Shown: positions 46,708-56,861, numbered from the stretch's first letter. The stretch is DNA of 64,000 nucleotides from Patescibacteria group bacterium (GCA_016861265.1 BOLA01000001.1:761352-825351); one strand, 5' to 3'. Notes: generated by a model from the letters alone, not told the origin. A program made the numbers and translations.

Positions 46708-48179
46708 TTGCTTTTAATCTTGTCTAACTCTCTTACCATCTGTTTGCTCCTTAATTTTCTGTGGAAGGTTATTCCGAATCTGTGTGCCTCGTCTCTGATT
46801 CTTTGTACAAGAAATAGACTTTCGGAACGTCGTGGCAGGAATACTCTCTTAAATCTTTTTAAAGCTAAATCCGGCCAATCATCCGTATTAAATTGCCACT
46901 GAACTTTGAATATTTCCTCTTCTCTTTTTGCCAGTCCCACAATTGGAATTAGATCGGCTAGGCCAAAGTTTTTTAGAATCTTAAAGGTCGCCGCCAGTTG
47001 ACCCTTTCCACCATCTATTATTATTAAATCGGGAAGTATCGAAAAACTTTCATCTTTTTCTTCATCACGGTTTTGATCTAGCATGAAGTGTCTAAATCTT
47101 CTGCTAAGCATTTCTTGTAACATAGCAAAGTCATCAGGTGTACTCTTTAGTCTTATTTTAAACCTTCGGTATAAATCGGGTCTTAATACTCCATCCACCA
47201 TAACTGTCATAGCACCCACTGGGTTTGTACCTTGAATATTACTAATGTCGTAGCATTCAATCTTAAAGCCTTCATGGTTCTTTAACTTATCGGCAGGAAA
47301 TCCTAATTCCTCAATTAAGTTATTTATACCCTGCTCTCTTTGTTCCTTTTTGAGTTCATCAACGATAATATCATCAACGTCTCTATCGATCTTAACATTC
47401 TGAGTTACATACTTAATATCATTAATTCTATCTCTAATTTTTGCAGCATTTTCGTAGTCCATTGCTTTTGAATATGCGGTCATTTCTTTCTCGAGTTCAG
47501 CTATTATTTCGCCCTTACGGCCTTCAAGAAACTTAATAATATTCCTAAAATTTTTAGCGTATTCATCTTTACTAATAAGACTTGCACAAGGTGCCTGACA
47601 AAGTCCAATATGGTAATACAAACAAGGAACCGGATTATTAGTATCTACTTTTAGCGGGTCGCTAGACACCTGTACAAGACGTCTATTGCAACTAACGTAA
47701 GGAAATACCTTCCTAAGTCTTTTTAGTATGTTTTTTAGTGGCAATGAGTTTGGGTACGGTCCGTAGTACACGGCATTTGGATCGTCTTTTTCACGAGTAG
47801 TTCTAATTCTTGGGAAATCACGAATGCCTTTAATTGCCTTCTCAACTTTTATGTAACTGTAATTTTTATCGTCCCTTAACATTATATTGTATTTGGGAAC
47901 GTACTTTTTTATTAGATTGCTTTCTAGTAATAGAGCTTCAAATTCTGAGTCAACTGTAATGTATTGGATATCCACGGCGTGTTCTAGCATTGCCTGAATT
48001 CTTGAATCCAGTTTAGGATAGTTTGTAAAGTAACTCTTCACTCTATTTTTTAGAATCTTAGCTTTACCTACATATAAAATTTCTCCTTCAGAATCCATGT
48101 ATAGGTAACACCCCGGACTTGCAGGCACAGCTAATACCTTTTCTATAAATTTTTCTGGTTTAGTTTTTAGAAATTTCAT
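46704..48179 (-). CDS. uvrC: Excinuclease ABC subunit C, short form (GIY-YIG plus UvrBC-interaction plus RNaseH-like. No C-terminal (HhH)2.)
   Basis: GIY-YIG GCYLYMDSEGEILYVGKA..L..R..SY. Central Cys-rich region. Ends after the endonuclease-V-like domain at 491 aa. Confidence 0.85.
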   Translation of the reverse strand: MKFLKTKPEKFIEKVLAVPASPGCYLYMDSEGEILYVGKAKILKNRVKSYFTNYPKLDSRIQAMLEHAVDIQYITVDSEFEALLLESNLIKKYVPKYNIMLRDDKNYSYIKVEKAIKGIRDFPRIRTTREKDDPNAVYYGPYPNSLPLKNILKRLRKVFPYVSCNRRLVQVSSDPLKVDTNNPVPCLYYHIGLCQAPCASLISKDEYAKNFRNIIKFLEGRKGEIIAELEKEMTAYSKAMDYENAAKIRDRINDIKYVTQNVKIDRDVDDIIVDELKKEQREQGINNLIEELGFPADKLKNHEGFKIECYDISNIQGTNPVGAMTVMVDGVLRPDLYRRFKIRLKSTPDDFAMLQEMLSRRFRHFMLDQNRDEEKDESFSILPDLIIIDGGKGQLAATFKILKNFGLADLIPIVGLAKREEEIFKVQWQFNTDDWPDLALKRFKRVFLPRRSESLFLVQRIRDEAHRFGITFHRKLRSKQMVRELDKIKSN

Positions 48180-48273
48180 TGAATTAATTATACTTTAAAA
48201 GGCAATAGGCCGAGCTGTCAAATTTACAAGATAGTTGTTCTAAGTTAATATAATATGTCTTACAAAATTATTT

Positions 48274-49404
48274 ATGGAAGAATTAAGAGTAATAACACTA
48301 ATAATTACGCTGTCTGCAGTTTTCAGTTTTCTTATTGCTTTTCCAATAATTAAAATTCTCTACAAATTCAATATAACAAGGCGAATGACCGTTGATTTTA
48401 CAACGCTAATAGAAAAAAGAAACCTAAAAATAGGTGTTCCAATCATGGGCGGTTTAATTTTTATTGTTACTGTTTTAGTTTTCAATATCTTCTTTAATCC
48501 GTACAGGGATAATCCAGGTTTATTGCTAACATTATTTATATTCTGCTTGTCGGCATTACTTGGTGGTTTCGATGATGTATTAAATATATACGGCAGGGAC
48601 AGAGCAAAGCCAAAGAGCTTAAGTAGAGTTTTAACTTTAATAAAGGTACACAAGAGTACAACACAAAAAATCTGGATGATTATTACTCTACCCTGGAGTG
48701 CGTATAAATCATTCTTTTATATTCTTGGATCTAATCCTGGTAAGGGAATTCAAGCTCATGAAAAAATACTAGTACAATCAATTGCAGGTATTCTTTTGGG
48801 TGTAGGACTTTATAGTTTTGCAACAAGGGCTGTACCAGGTCTTTTATGGATCCCTATTGCAAATATAAATATTGATATTGGAATATTGATAATTCCTTTT
48901 GCATGGATTACGGTTCTGCTAATGTCCAATGCGGTAAATTTAGCAGATGGAATGGACGGACTCGCAGCTAATCAATTAATTATGTCCTTTCTAGGCTTTT
49001 TGTTTATTGCCGTTTTTAAGCATGATGAAAAACTGGTATTTTTAATAGCAACTGTTGTGGGTTCGCTTATGGCATACTTGTATTTCAATATTCCACCTGC
49101 AAGATTTCAGATGGGTGATGTCGGTTCCTTAGCAATGGGTGCGTTGCTTGCTGCAGTAGCATTTATTTTAGGTGAACCACTAATGCTTCTAATTATATGT
49201 TTCCCTTTTGTAGTAGTTTTACTATCTACAGTAATTCAAGGTCTAGGAAGGAGAATCTTTGGAAGAAGAATATTTGCTATGGCACCAATCCATTATCACT
49301 TTCAAATTGCCTACGGTTGGAGTGAAGAAAAAGTTGTAATGAGATTTGCTTTATTCAGCATGTTTTGCGCTATAATTGGACTATTAATTTATTCACTTCA
49401 CTAA
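48274..49404 (+). CDS. mraY: Phospho-N-acetylmuramoyl-pentapeptide transferase
   Basis: KIGVPIMGGLIFIV (the K..TPTMGG block) and NAVNLADGMDGLA. About 10 TM helices. Confidence 0.75.
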   Translation: MEELRVITLIITLSAVFSFLIAFPIIKILYKFNITRRMTVDFTTLIEKRNLKIGVPIMGGLIFIVTVLVFNIFFNPYRDNPGLLLTLFIFCLSALLGGFDDVLNIYGRDRAKPKSLSRVLTLIKVHKSTTQKIWMIITLPWSAYKSFFYILGSNPGKGIQAHEKILVQSIAGILLGVGLYSFATRAVPGLLWIPIANINIDIGILIIPFAWITVLLMSNAVNLADGMDGLAANQLIMSFLGFLFIAVFKHDEKLVFLIATVVGSLMAYLYFNIPPARFQMGDVGSLAMGALLAAVAFILGEPLMLLIICFPFVVVLLSTVIQGLGRRIFGRRIFAMAPIHYHFQIAYGWSEEKVVMRFALFSMFCAIIGLLIYSLH

Positions 49405-50513
49405 TGAAGCAGAAAATTTCTTTAGAGATTTTTAAAGGACTGGCATTCTTCTTTATATTTGCAGTCGCAATGTTCCTAGCTTTTGAATTAAGAGGAGTTT
49501 TAATCTCATTATTCGCGGCCTTTATTTTAAGTGCGGGTTTAAGACCATTTATAGAACTTCTTGAAAGAAAAGGATTATCACGTGGTTTTGCTATTACAGT
49601 CACTTATTTGGGAGGAATTTTAGTATCTATAGTATTAGGTTTGGCCTTAGTAAATGTTGCGTTCATACAGGTAAAATCTTTCTTTGCTAATATCGATTCA
49701 AAAATATTGACTGCTGAGACTTTTGTTAATACATCTACTCCGTTTTTAAAAGACTATATTGATTTTAATGCGATTCGAGATAGTCTTAAGAATGGAAATA
49801 TTGATGTTAAGGGTCTAACCTCTAGTCAATTTTTTTCGGGAATCTTAGCAAACATTAGCTTTTTTGGAGGTCAGGGAATTAGTATTGTAGGCAAGATCTT
49901 TGGTGGTGTACTATCTATTTTCTCAATTATTATGATTTCTATTTACATGCTTACAAATAGAAAGAGTGCATATGAAGATGTGATTGAATTAACCCCGTTA
50001 AAATATCAAAAAAGATTGTTCCCAGTATTTAAAAAGATTGAACAAAGCCTAGGAGCCTGGTTAGTAGGTCAAATCAGCCTAATGCTAATTATTGGATTCC
50101 TTACATTTATACTAATAATGCTTCCAAGATTATTTGATCCAGCCTATCCGCTTGTAGGTTACGCATTGGTAATTGCAATAATAGCTGGAATATTAGAAGG
50201 TGTTCCTAATTTGGGACCAATATTTACGACTGTAGTGACAGTATTAATTGCATTAATTAGTGGTGCCGGCATTGGAGTTATTGTCTATATAATTATTGTA
50301 TTCTTAGCATTACAACAAATAGAAGGAATATTCATAGTTCCAATGGTAATGAAGAAGGCCGTAAATTTGAATCCGATATTGAGTATTGCTGGTGTATTAG
50401 CAGGATTTGAGTTAGCAGGGCCGATTGGTGCTTTGTTAGCCGTACCGATAATAGCAATGGTGCAGATTTTAATTTTAGAATTTAGCGATTACTGGAAATC
50501 CAATGCAGACTAA
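49404..50513 (+). CDS. AI-2E / UPF0118 (PerM-like) family transporter
   Basis: 8 TM helices with the conserved C-terminal LLAVPIIAMVQIL region. The start was moved to MKQKISLE to avoid a 40-nt overlap with mraY. Confidence 0.7.
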   Translation: MKQKISLEIFKGLAFFFIFAVAMFLAFELRGVLISLFAAFILSAGLRPFIELLERKGLSRGFAITVTYLGGILVSIVLGLALVNVAFIQVKSFFANIDSKILTAETFVNTSTPFLKDYIDFNAIRDSLKNGNIDVKGLTSSQFFSGILANISFFGGQGISIVGKIFGGVLSIFSIIMISIYMLTNRKSAYEDVIELTPLKYQKRLFPVFKKIEQSLGAWLVGQISLMLIIGFLTFILIMLPRLFDPAYPLVGYALVIAIIAGILEGVPNLGPIFTTVVTVLIALISGAGIGVIVYIIIVFLALQQIEGIFIVPMVMKKAVNLNPILSIAGVLAGFELAGPIGALLAVPIIAMVQILILEFSDYWKSNAD

Positions 50514-50545
50514 TACATTGTTAAAATTAAATTCTTTTGTTAATT

Positions 50546-50578
50546 AAAGAGAGCTTATATGGCTCTCTTTTTGTTTAT
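50546..50578 (+). terminator. Intrinsic terminator (aaagagagc-ttatat-ggctctcttt plus TTGTTTAT)
   Basis: Perfect inverted repeat followed by a T-run, downstream of the AI-2E gene. Confidence 0.5.
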
Positions 50579-50699
50579 GGCTGTTAGTAAATTAATAGTT
50601 TATTAAAAGCCATCAATAAAGTAGAAGAAGTAAATGTTTGTGGGATGGCACGCAAACAATCGGTAACCTATCGCTCAATAAAAGTGAAAGGGAAACGAA

Positions 50700-51146
50700 A
50701 TGGCTCAGAGACCTCAGTCCAATTTGTTAGTGCCGCGGCACATTGCGGCAGCGCTGGTCCTCGTAGGTAAGGGTACAACGGCGGAAGACCTTGACCCAAC
50801 GATGATTCTCACGTGGTATGTCGAAGACGGCATACCCTTCGGGAATTCGGAGGAAGCAGGCAACGCTCTGGAATGTACCGAAGACCTTCTGGCGCAGATC
50901 AACGAACTGATGGCACTCGACGAGAACTATGTGCCTGACGGCTTTTCGAGTGAGCGCTGGGCATTCTTCCGTGAGGCGTTGCAAGACGGTGCGAACGCCA
51001 TTGTCGCGGAAATCGACGAGCTGGAGGAGCTGGATGAGGTCTGCGAGGAATTAGAAGACCTCTACGACTCTCTGGTGATGATGCAGGTCGTCGAAGCGCC
51101 TGAACTCGAAGTCGACGAGGAATTCGTCGATATGACCGAATCGTAA
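50700..51146 (+). CDS. Hypothetical strongly acidic protein (148 aa, C-terminus about 40% Asp/Glu) in a high-GC islet
   Basis: GC about 55-60%. AGGGAA RBS. GC-rich hairpin gttgcagc-tgggttctaccc-tgctgcaac at 51153-51181 downstream. Confidence 0.5.
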   Translation: MAQRPQSNLLVPRHIAAALVLVGKGTTAEDLDPTMILTWYVEDGIPFGNSEEAGNALECTEDLLAQINELMALDENYVPDGFSSERWAFFREALQDGANAIVAEIDELEELDEVCEELEDLYDSLVMMQVVEAPELEVDEEFVDMTES

Positions 51147-51209
51147 CCGATTTTCTTCTTGTTGCAGCTGGGTTCTACCCTGCTGCAACAGAAGTTATAT
51201 AATATTCTA

Positions 51210-51452
51210 ATGTACGTTTTATATATTCTCCGGTGCAAAAATAATGCTTTGTATACTGGTATAACCAATAATTTACCGGCACGCCTTAAAAAGCATGCAG
51301 AAGGTAAAGGCTCAAAATACGTTAGGGCAAATATGCCTTTTGAGCTTGTTTATACCGAAGAACTTCCCGATAAAGTTACGGCACTAAAAAGGGAGTTTGA
51401 GGTAAAACAACTTACTAAGATTGAAAAAGAGAAACTAATTGAAATTGGGTAA
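51210..51452 (+). CDS. Small GIY-YIG nuclease-domain protein (UPF0213 / YhbQ-like)
   Basis: MYVLYILRCKNNALYTGITNNLPARLKKHAEGKGSKY...PFELVYTEE is the canonical GIY-YIG alpha-beta core. Confidence 0.7.
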   Translation: MYVLYILRCKNNALYTGITNNLPARLKKHAEGKGSKYVRANMPFELVYTEELPDKVTALKREFEVKQLTKIEKEKLIEIG

Positions 51453-51473
51453 ATCCATAGTCTGATCGATCTT

Positions 51474-52217
51474 CTAATTTACTATGTGAACCACAGTTAT
51501 AATTTGATTAAGGTAGTTTATCTGATGATCGATTGAGTTTTTTTTATAACATATTTTAAATTTATAAATATCATCATAGTTAAATAAGGTGACTTCAATT
51601 TGGGAAGGGAAGCTTACTATTAAATTTTCTTGTCTCCAATCAAAATAATTATATTCATCTACTCCATAATATATTCCAGTTCCTAGATCTATCCAGCATA
51701 TAGCAAGAATGTCACCCTTTCCTGGTCGTAAATAGGTAAATTGATTTTGTGGTATGTTTCTAAAATCGATTGATGGTTCAGGATTATTAGTCCATCTACC
51801 AGGAAATCGAATATTGTTTATCTTTAAACTTGATTCCAGCTTTGGTAACATTTCAGTTCCAAATAGTTTATTAAATAAATCTTGTTTAAGTTCAAGTTTA
51901 AGCATTAATTGCCCCCTTCGTAAACCATCTCCTATGGGTCGTGGCGAGTTAAATTCGGCCCAACAACTATATACAATTTGGGGTTTTCTAAGTATCTTAA
52001 TGATCTCCAAGAATAAGTAACCAATATAGAATGCGAAAAAGGTATTAAAGACTTCAATATACTCTTCTCTGTTTTCGTTAAATGCATCCCAAGTTATTAC
52101 TGGTATATCAAACGGCAAAATTATTAAGACAAGAAATATAAATAATAGAATTTGTATTCTTTGTTCCATCATTATTTTATGTAGTTTCCATTGTGGACCA
52201 CCTGTTTTACCATTCAT
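51474..52217 (-). CDS. Hypothetical membrane protein (247 aa)
   Basis: Two N-terminal TM helices then a soluble domain. Confidence 0.5.
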   Translation of the reverse strand: MNGKTGGPQWKLHKIMMEQRIQILLFIFLVLIILPFDIPVITWDAFNENREEYIEVFNTFFAFYIGYLFLEIIKILRKPQIVYSCWAEFNSPRPIGDGLRRGQLMLKLELKQDLFNKLFGTEMLPKLESSLKINNIRFPGRWTNNPEPSIDFRNIPQNQFTYLRPGKGDILAICWIDLGTGIYYGVDEYNYFDWRQENLIVSFPSQIEVTLFNYDDIYKFKICYKKNSIDHQINYLNQIITVVHIVN

Positions 52218-52233
52218 ATATAAAAGTTAATAT

Positions 52234-52497
52234 TTATGCCTCCTCAATCTCATCAGAATAGTAAAGATTAATAATCTCTATGGCCGTTTTTGTACTTAGG
52301 TACTGCATTAATTCTTCTAGTTTAGTAAATGGTGTATCTTGTGTAAGATCAAATTTTAATTCATGAGTGTGTTCACTCTCGGTGCCTATACCGGTTGTAA
52401 TCATTAACTTAATCTGATCTCCATAGTCCTCAACAAAAATACAACATCCATCGAGTGTATTACAAATATTTAAAGTGGGAATTACTTCAACAGCCAT
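52234..52497 (-). CDS. Hypothetical small protein (87 aa)
   Basis: Short clean ORF between nrdJ and the 247-aa gene, same strand. Confidence 0.4.
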   Translation of the reverse strand: MAVEVIPTLNICNTLDGCCIFVEDYGDQIKLMITTGIGTESEHTHELKFDLTQDTPFTKLEELMQYLSTKTAIEIINLYYSDEIEEA

Positions 52498-52516
52498 AAC
52501 TAAATTTAATAATTAA

Positions 52517-52546
52517 AAAAGGGCTCCTTTCGGAGCCCCTTACGAA
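52517..52546 (-). terminator. Intrinsic terminator of nrdJ (aaggggctcc-gaaa-ggagccc plus TTTTTTAATT on minus strand)
   Basis: GC-rich perfect stem with a T-tract immediately after the nrdJ stop. Confidence 0.55.
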
Positions 52547-55500
52547 TTAACTACAACCTGTTGTAGTGCCGCAGTCTATACATACATTACAGCTCCCATT
52601 CTTCTTAACATTCATACTCCCGCAGGTAGTACACATATCCCCTGTAAAACCTAATGCTCTAGCCTTCTTTATTTTGTCGACCATCCCATCATCACCTTCT
52701 AAATTCTCATGAACTGCCATTGTTGTAGCTTGTTCTAATCTCATCTGTGAAGGTTCAATGCTTGCTTCTGTAATATGTTGGTGATCATGTTCAGCTGTTG
52801 GTATTGCTGTACCAATTGCTTCCGATGCCTCCTTCTTTAGATCAATATATTTTGTAGATCTAATTTCTGTGTGACCGTGTCCGTTTACAATTGGAATTAA
52901 TATTCTAAAGTTACTACCTTCTCGATAGGATTTTTCTACTAATTCTTCGTTGTGGTAAAGCTTTGCTGTATCAGCGTCTAAGAACTTTAGAGCTAACCAT
53001 CTGCCTATGTAATCAACTATTGATTTAGCCATTGGTATTTCTCTATTTCCTGTCATTCCGCTTGGTTCAAATCTTACGTTTGTTAATTTACTAATTAAGG
53101 CTTCTAAAGGTACTCCATATTGCAAGTTCATTGACAATGAAACTGCGAATGCATCCATGATTCCACTTAAGAAACTACCTGCAGTACTCATAATAATGAA
53201 TACTTCGCCTGGTTGACCGTCATCGAATAAGCCAACAGTTAAGTAACCTTCATGGCCACCTACGGTGAATTTATGCGTTAACGAATGTCTTTCGTCTGGT
53301 AATTTTCTTCTTTTTGGTTTTTGAACTTCCTGAATAATTACTTTCTGAACTTCTTTTACAGTTATTGCCTCTTCCTGAACTTCGTCTTCTACATTTAGGT
53401 TAAACAGTTCTGCGTATGCTCCGGCGTTTGTGCTAGAGTTCAAAGGCTGACTTAGTTTAGATCCATCTCTGTATAAAGCATTTGCTTTTAACATTAATTT
53501 CCAACCTTCTACATATGCTTCTTCAATATCTTCTAGTGTTGCCTCTTCAGGTAGGTTTACGGTTTTACTAATTGCTCCACTTAAGAATGGTTGAGCTGCA
53601 GCCATCTGCTTTAGGTGCCCCATTGTTCCAATGTATCTTTTTCCTTTTGTGCCACATTTATTTGCACAATCAAATACAGCGTAATGTTCCTGCTTTAGGT
53701 ATGGCGCTCCTTCGATTGTCATTGTTCCACAAACATATTCTTCTGCCATTGCAATTTGTTCATCTGTGAAACCTAAGTGCTTTAGAACATTAAAGTTGTA
53801 ATCGCTAATTTGATCTTCTGTTAAATGTAATACGTTCCTGCAGAAGTCTTCCCCTAATGTAGATGGACTAAACGCAAAATTTAGTGCATAAAGATTGTCC
53901 ATTCTGGCTTCTACAGCCGTTAGTTCTTTTTCTGTGAAGCCTTTTTGGTTTAGAGTTTCATAGTTTATAAATGGAGCGTTTCGAATTGTAGAATGCCCTA
54001 TAATATATTTTTCGATCTCTTCAATTTGAGTCTCTGAATAACCTAAAGATTCAAGTGCAGGTCTTACAGATTGATTTACAATCTTAAAGTAACCGCCACC
54101 AACTAATTTTTTGTATTTAACTAATGCAAAATCTGGTTCAATTCCCGTTGTATCGCAATCCATAACCAAGCCGATTGTTCCGGTTGGTGCAATTACGGTT
54201 ACCTGAGCATTTCTATAACCATATTTTTCGCCCAATTGAAGTGCATAATCCCAAGATTTTTGTGCTTCTGTTGCAAGTTCATCACCAGCTAAAAGAGCAT
54301 TAATTCCCATTGGTGTTATAGATAAGTCTTCGTAGTCTGATTTGTCCGAATTGTATGCTGCTCTTCTATGGTTTCTAATAACTCTTAGCATGTTATCTTT
54401 ATTTGCATCGTATCTATCGAATGCGCCTACAACTTTTGCCATTTCAGAAGATGTTGCGTAGGACTCTCCGCCCAATATTGCAGTTACTGCACCTGTTATT
54501 GCATAACCTTTCTCACTCTCGTAAGGAATTCCTTGTTGCATTAGTAAGCTACCTAGGTTTGCATAACCTAAACCTAGTGTTCTATATATGAATGTTTTTT
54601 CAGCAACAGCTCTTGTAGGTAAATGTGCCGATAGCACAGAAATTTCTAATACAATAGTAAATAATCTTGTAGCGTGTCTATACGCTTCAACATCGAACTT
54701 TCCTGTAGCGTTGTCGTAATACTTGATTAAGTTAAGAGATGCTAGGTTACATGCCGTATCGTCTAAGAACATGTATTCAGAACAAGGGTTACTTGCATTA
54801 ATTCGTCCATCTAATGGTGTTGTATGCCACTCGTTTATTGTTGTGTCGTACTGAACGCCTGGGTCAGCTGACTGCCATGCGGCATTTAAAACATCGTTCC
54901 ATAATTTTCTAGCACTTATTGTTTTTGATACTGTTCCATCTACTCTGTTTATTAAGTCCCAGTTATCATCGTTTTCTAATGCTTCAAAGAATGAATTTGG
55001 AACTCTTACTGAGTTGTTAGAATTCTGACCTCCAACTGTGGAATATGCCTCACTTCTAAAGTCTGTGTCGTATTTTTTTATATCGAACTGATCGCTAGAT
55101 ACTCCATTTTCAACAAGCATTAGAGCTCTTTTTATGTAGTTTAACGGAACATAGTCTTTATTAGCTTCACTTATTAATTTCTTTAATTCAGGATTATTTT
55201 TAGGGTCAATTCCGTTTACCTCTGCAGACTTCATAATCTTTTTTACGTGCTCGTAATTTATGTGTGAACCTGCTACCAAGGCTGCAACCTTTTGTTCCTC
55301 TTCAACTTTCCAGTTTATAAAGCTCTCTACTTCAGGATGATCCATATTTAAGCAAACCATTTTAGCTGCTCTTCTTGTTGTACCGCCGGATTTTATAGCT
55401 CCAGCTCCAGAGTCAAATATTTTTAAGAAACTCATTAAACCCGATGATTTCCCGCCTCCTGATAAGCTTTCTCCACTTCCTCTAATAGGGGAAAAGTTAA

Positions 55501-56224
55501 TTCCGGAGCCTGACCCGTATTTAAATATTCTTGCTTCCGCTTTAACCATATCAAAAATACCGCCTTCATTTACAAGGTCGTCTTTAATGGAAAGAATAAA
55601 ACAAGCATGAGGTTGTCCTCTAGTATAGGCATCTTCCGATTGTTTACTTTCTTTTGTTTCTGGATCAACATACCAATGTCCCTGTGCAGAACCTGTAATC
55701 CCGTAGGCATAATTTAGTCCTGTGTTAAACCATTGAGGGCTATTTGGAGCAGCCATTTGAGTCATTAGCATGTAGGCTACTTCATCTTCAAAGGCCTGTG
55801 CATCTTCCTTTGAATCAAAATAACCATATTGTTCACCCCACCATCTCCAAGCACCGGCCATTCTATTAATTGTCTGTTTCGCAGATGTTTCTGAACCTAA
55901 TATAGGATCACCATTCTTGTCAGTTCTTACTTCACCTTTTTTATTTAATTGAGGAACGCCTTTTCTTCTAAAATATTTCTGAGCAATAATATCGGTAGCT
56001 ATTTGACTCCAGGCTTTAGGAATTTCTATATCCTTCATTTCAAAAACTACTGAGCCATCTGGATTAGTAATTCTAGAGATTCTCATTTCGAATTCAATTC
56101 CTTCGTATCTGTCTACTCCTTTTTTAGTAAACATTCTCTTGATCTTTAAGCCTTTTTTACCAATATTAGCTTTTTCCCGATCTTCGAGGATTTTTGAAGT
56201 TACTCTTGCCTCTTGCATCTTCAT
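52547..56224 (-). CDS. nrdJ: Class II (adenosylcobalamin-dependent) ribonucleotide reductase, long form (1225 aa)
   Basis: N-terminal class-II-specific region (GLKIKRMFTKKGVDRYEGIEFEMR...WSQIATDIIAQKYF), RNR barrel motifs and C-terminal redox Cys cluster CTTCGS...CNVCIDCG. No intein signatures found. Confidence 0.8.
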   Translation of the reverse strand: MKMQEARVTSKILEDREKANIGKKGLKIKRMFTKKGVDRYEGIEFEMRISRITNPDGSVVFEMKDIEIPKAWSQIATDIIAQKYFRRKGVPQLNKKGEVRTDKNGDPILGSETSAKQTINRMAGAWRWWGEQYGYFDSKEDAQAFEDEVAYMLMTQMAAPNSPQWFNTGLNYAYGITGSAQGHWYVDPETKESKQSEDAYTRGQPHACFILSIKDDLVNEGGIFDMVKAEARIFKYGSGSGINFSPIRGSGESLSGGGKSSGLMSFLKIFDSGAGAIKSGGTTRRAAKMVCLNMDHPEVESFINWKVEEEQKVAALVAGSHINYEHVKKIMKSAEVNGIDPKNNPELKKLISEANKDYVPLNYIKRALMLVENGVSSDQFDIKKYDTDFRSEAYSTVGGQNSNNSVRVPNSFFEALENDDNWDLINRVDGTVSKTISARKLWNDVLNAAWQSADPGVQYDTTINEWHTTPLDGRINASNPCSEYMFLDDTACNLASLNLIKYYDNATGKFDVEAYRHATRLFTIVLEISVLSAHLPTRAVAEKTFIYRTLGLGYANLGSLLMQQGIPYESEKGYAITGAVTAILGGESYATSSEMAKVVGAFDRYDANKDNMLRVIRNHRRAAYNSDKSDYEDLSITPMGINALLAGDELATEAQKSWDYALQLGEKYGYRNAQVTVIAPTGTIGLVMDCDTTGIEPDFALVKYKKLVGGGYFKIVNQSVRPALESLGYSETQIEEIEKYIIGHSTIRNAPFINYETLNQKGFTEKELTAVEARMDNLYALNFAFSPSTLGEDFCRNVLHLTEDQISDYNFNVLKHLGFTDEQIAMAEEYVCGTMTIEGAPYLKQEHYAVFDCANKCGTKGKRYIGTMGHLKQMAAAQPFLSGAISKTVNLPEEATLEDIEEAYVEGWKLMLKANALYRDGSKLSQPLNSSTNAGAYAELFNLNVEDEVQEEAITVKEVQKVIIQEVQKPKRRKLPDERHSLTHKFTVGGHEGYLTVGLFDDGQPGEVFIIMSTAGSFLSGIMDAFAVSLSMNLQYGVPLEALISKLTNVRFEPSGMTGNREIPMAKSIVDYIGRWLALKFLDADTAKLYHNEELVEKSYREGSNFRILIPIVNGHGHTEIRSTKYIDLKKEASEAIGTAIPTAEHDHQHITEASIEPSQMRLEQATTMAVHENLEGDDGMVDKIKKARALGFTGDMCTTCGSMNVKKNGSCNVCIDCGTTTGCS

Positions 56225-56372
56225 TGTATAAAAAATAAAAGTTAATTAAATTTTAAGGCCGCAAAATAAGGTGCTGAGTGTAAACCTAGGTTAAGGTTTA
56301 ATATATGTTGATTTAGTTTTAGTTAAAAGTGCAGTGCCTTAGTAAGAAATCTTTAATTACTTGCTAAGACTC

Positions 56373-56825
56373 TCAGCTTAGTTTTTCTAATCGTTCGAGT
56401 TCCTTTTGAACATCTTCAAGGCTTGTAAATTCCTTGTAGACTGCTGCAAAAAGTAATGCGCTTAACTTATCAATCTTTGTTAATTTTTTTAAAACCATTT
56501 CGCCAATTTCTGTACTCTTAATGATTTGTTTTTCACTAACCATTAACTTCTGTTCTATGTCCGAAATTAAGTCGTCTACAATTTCCTCTGGAACATGTCT
56601 CTTGCTAGTCGCCTTAGAAATTCCTCTCTTTAATTTCTCTCTATCGAATTCCTGTACTCTGCCATCTCGTTTTAGAATGTTTAAAATAACGTTCTCTACT
56701 CGTTCGTAAGTAGTGAATCTCTTTTTGCATTTTTCACATTCTCTTCTTCTTCGAGTTGCTGTAGTACCACTTTCTCTTTTATCGATAACTCTGGTACAAT
56801 TTGACTTACAATACGGACAAATCAT
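56373..56825 (-). CDS. nrdR: Transcriptional repressor NrdR (zinc ribbon plus ATP-cone)
   Basis: MICPYCKSNCTRVIDKR...CEKCKKRFTTYE zinc ribbon followed by an ATP-cone. Start placed at the MICPYC ATG with AGGAGG RBS. Confidence 0.85.
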   Translation of the reverse strand: MICPYCKSNCTRVIDKRESGTTATRRRRECEKCKKRFTTYERVENVILNILKRDGRVQEFDREKLKRGISKATSKRHVPEEIVDDLISDIEQKLMVSEKQIIKSTEIGEMVLKKLTKIDKLSALLFAAVYKEFTSLEDVQKELERLEKLS

Positions 56826-56845
56826 TTTTCCTCCTAAACACAATT

Positions 56846-56861
56846 AATTGTATGTAACATA
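56846..56861. promoter_or_regulatory. NrdR-box-like palindrome (aCACAATTAATTGTat) immediately upstream of the nrdR RBS. A second candidate cacataaaatgtg lies at 56937-56949.
   Basis: Matches 13 of 16 positions of the acaCwAtATaTwGtgt consensus. A 12-nt perfect palindrome. Confidence 0.35.

Noticed and set aside
50714-50984. 62- and 85-aa minus-strand ORFs in islet C
   Set aside because: Antisense shadow ORFs of the acidic-protein gene.
52547-56224. Possible intein in the unusually long (1225 aa) NrdJ
   Set aside because: No intein block A/B or C-terminal HN[CST] junction found. The length is more likely due to native N- and C-terminal extensions.
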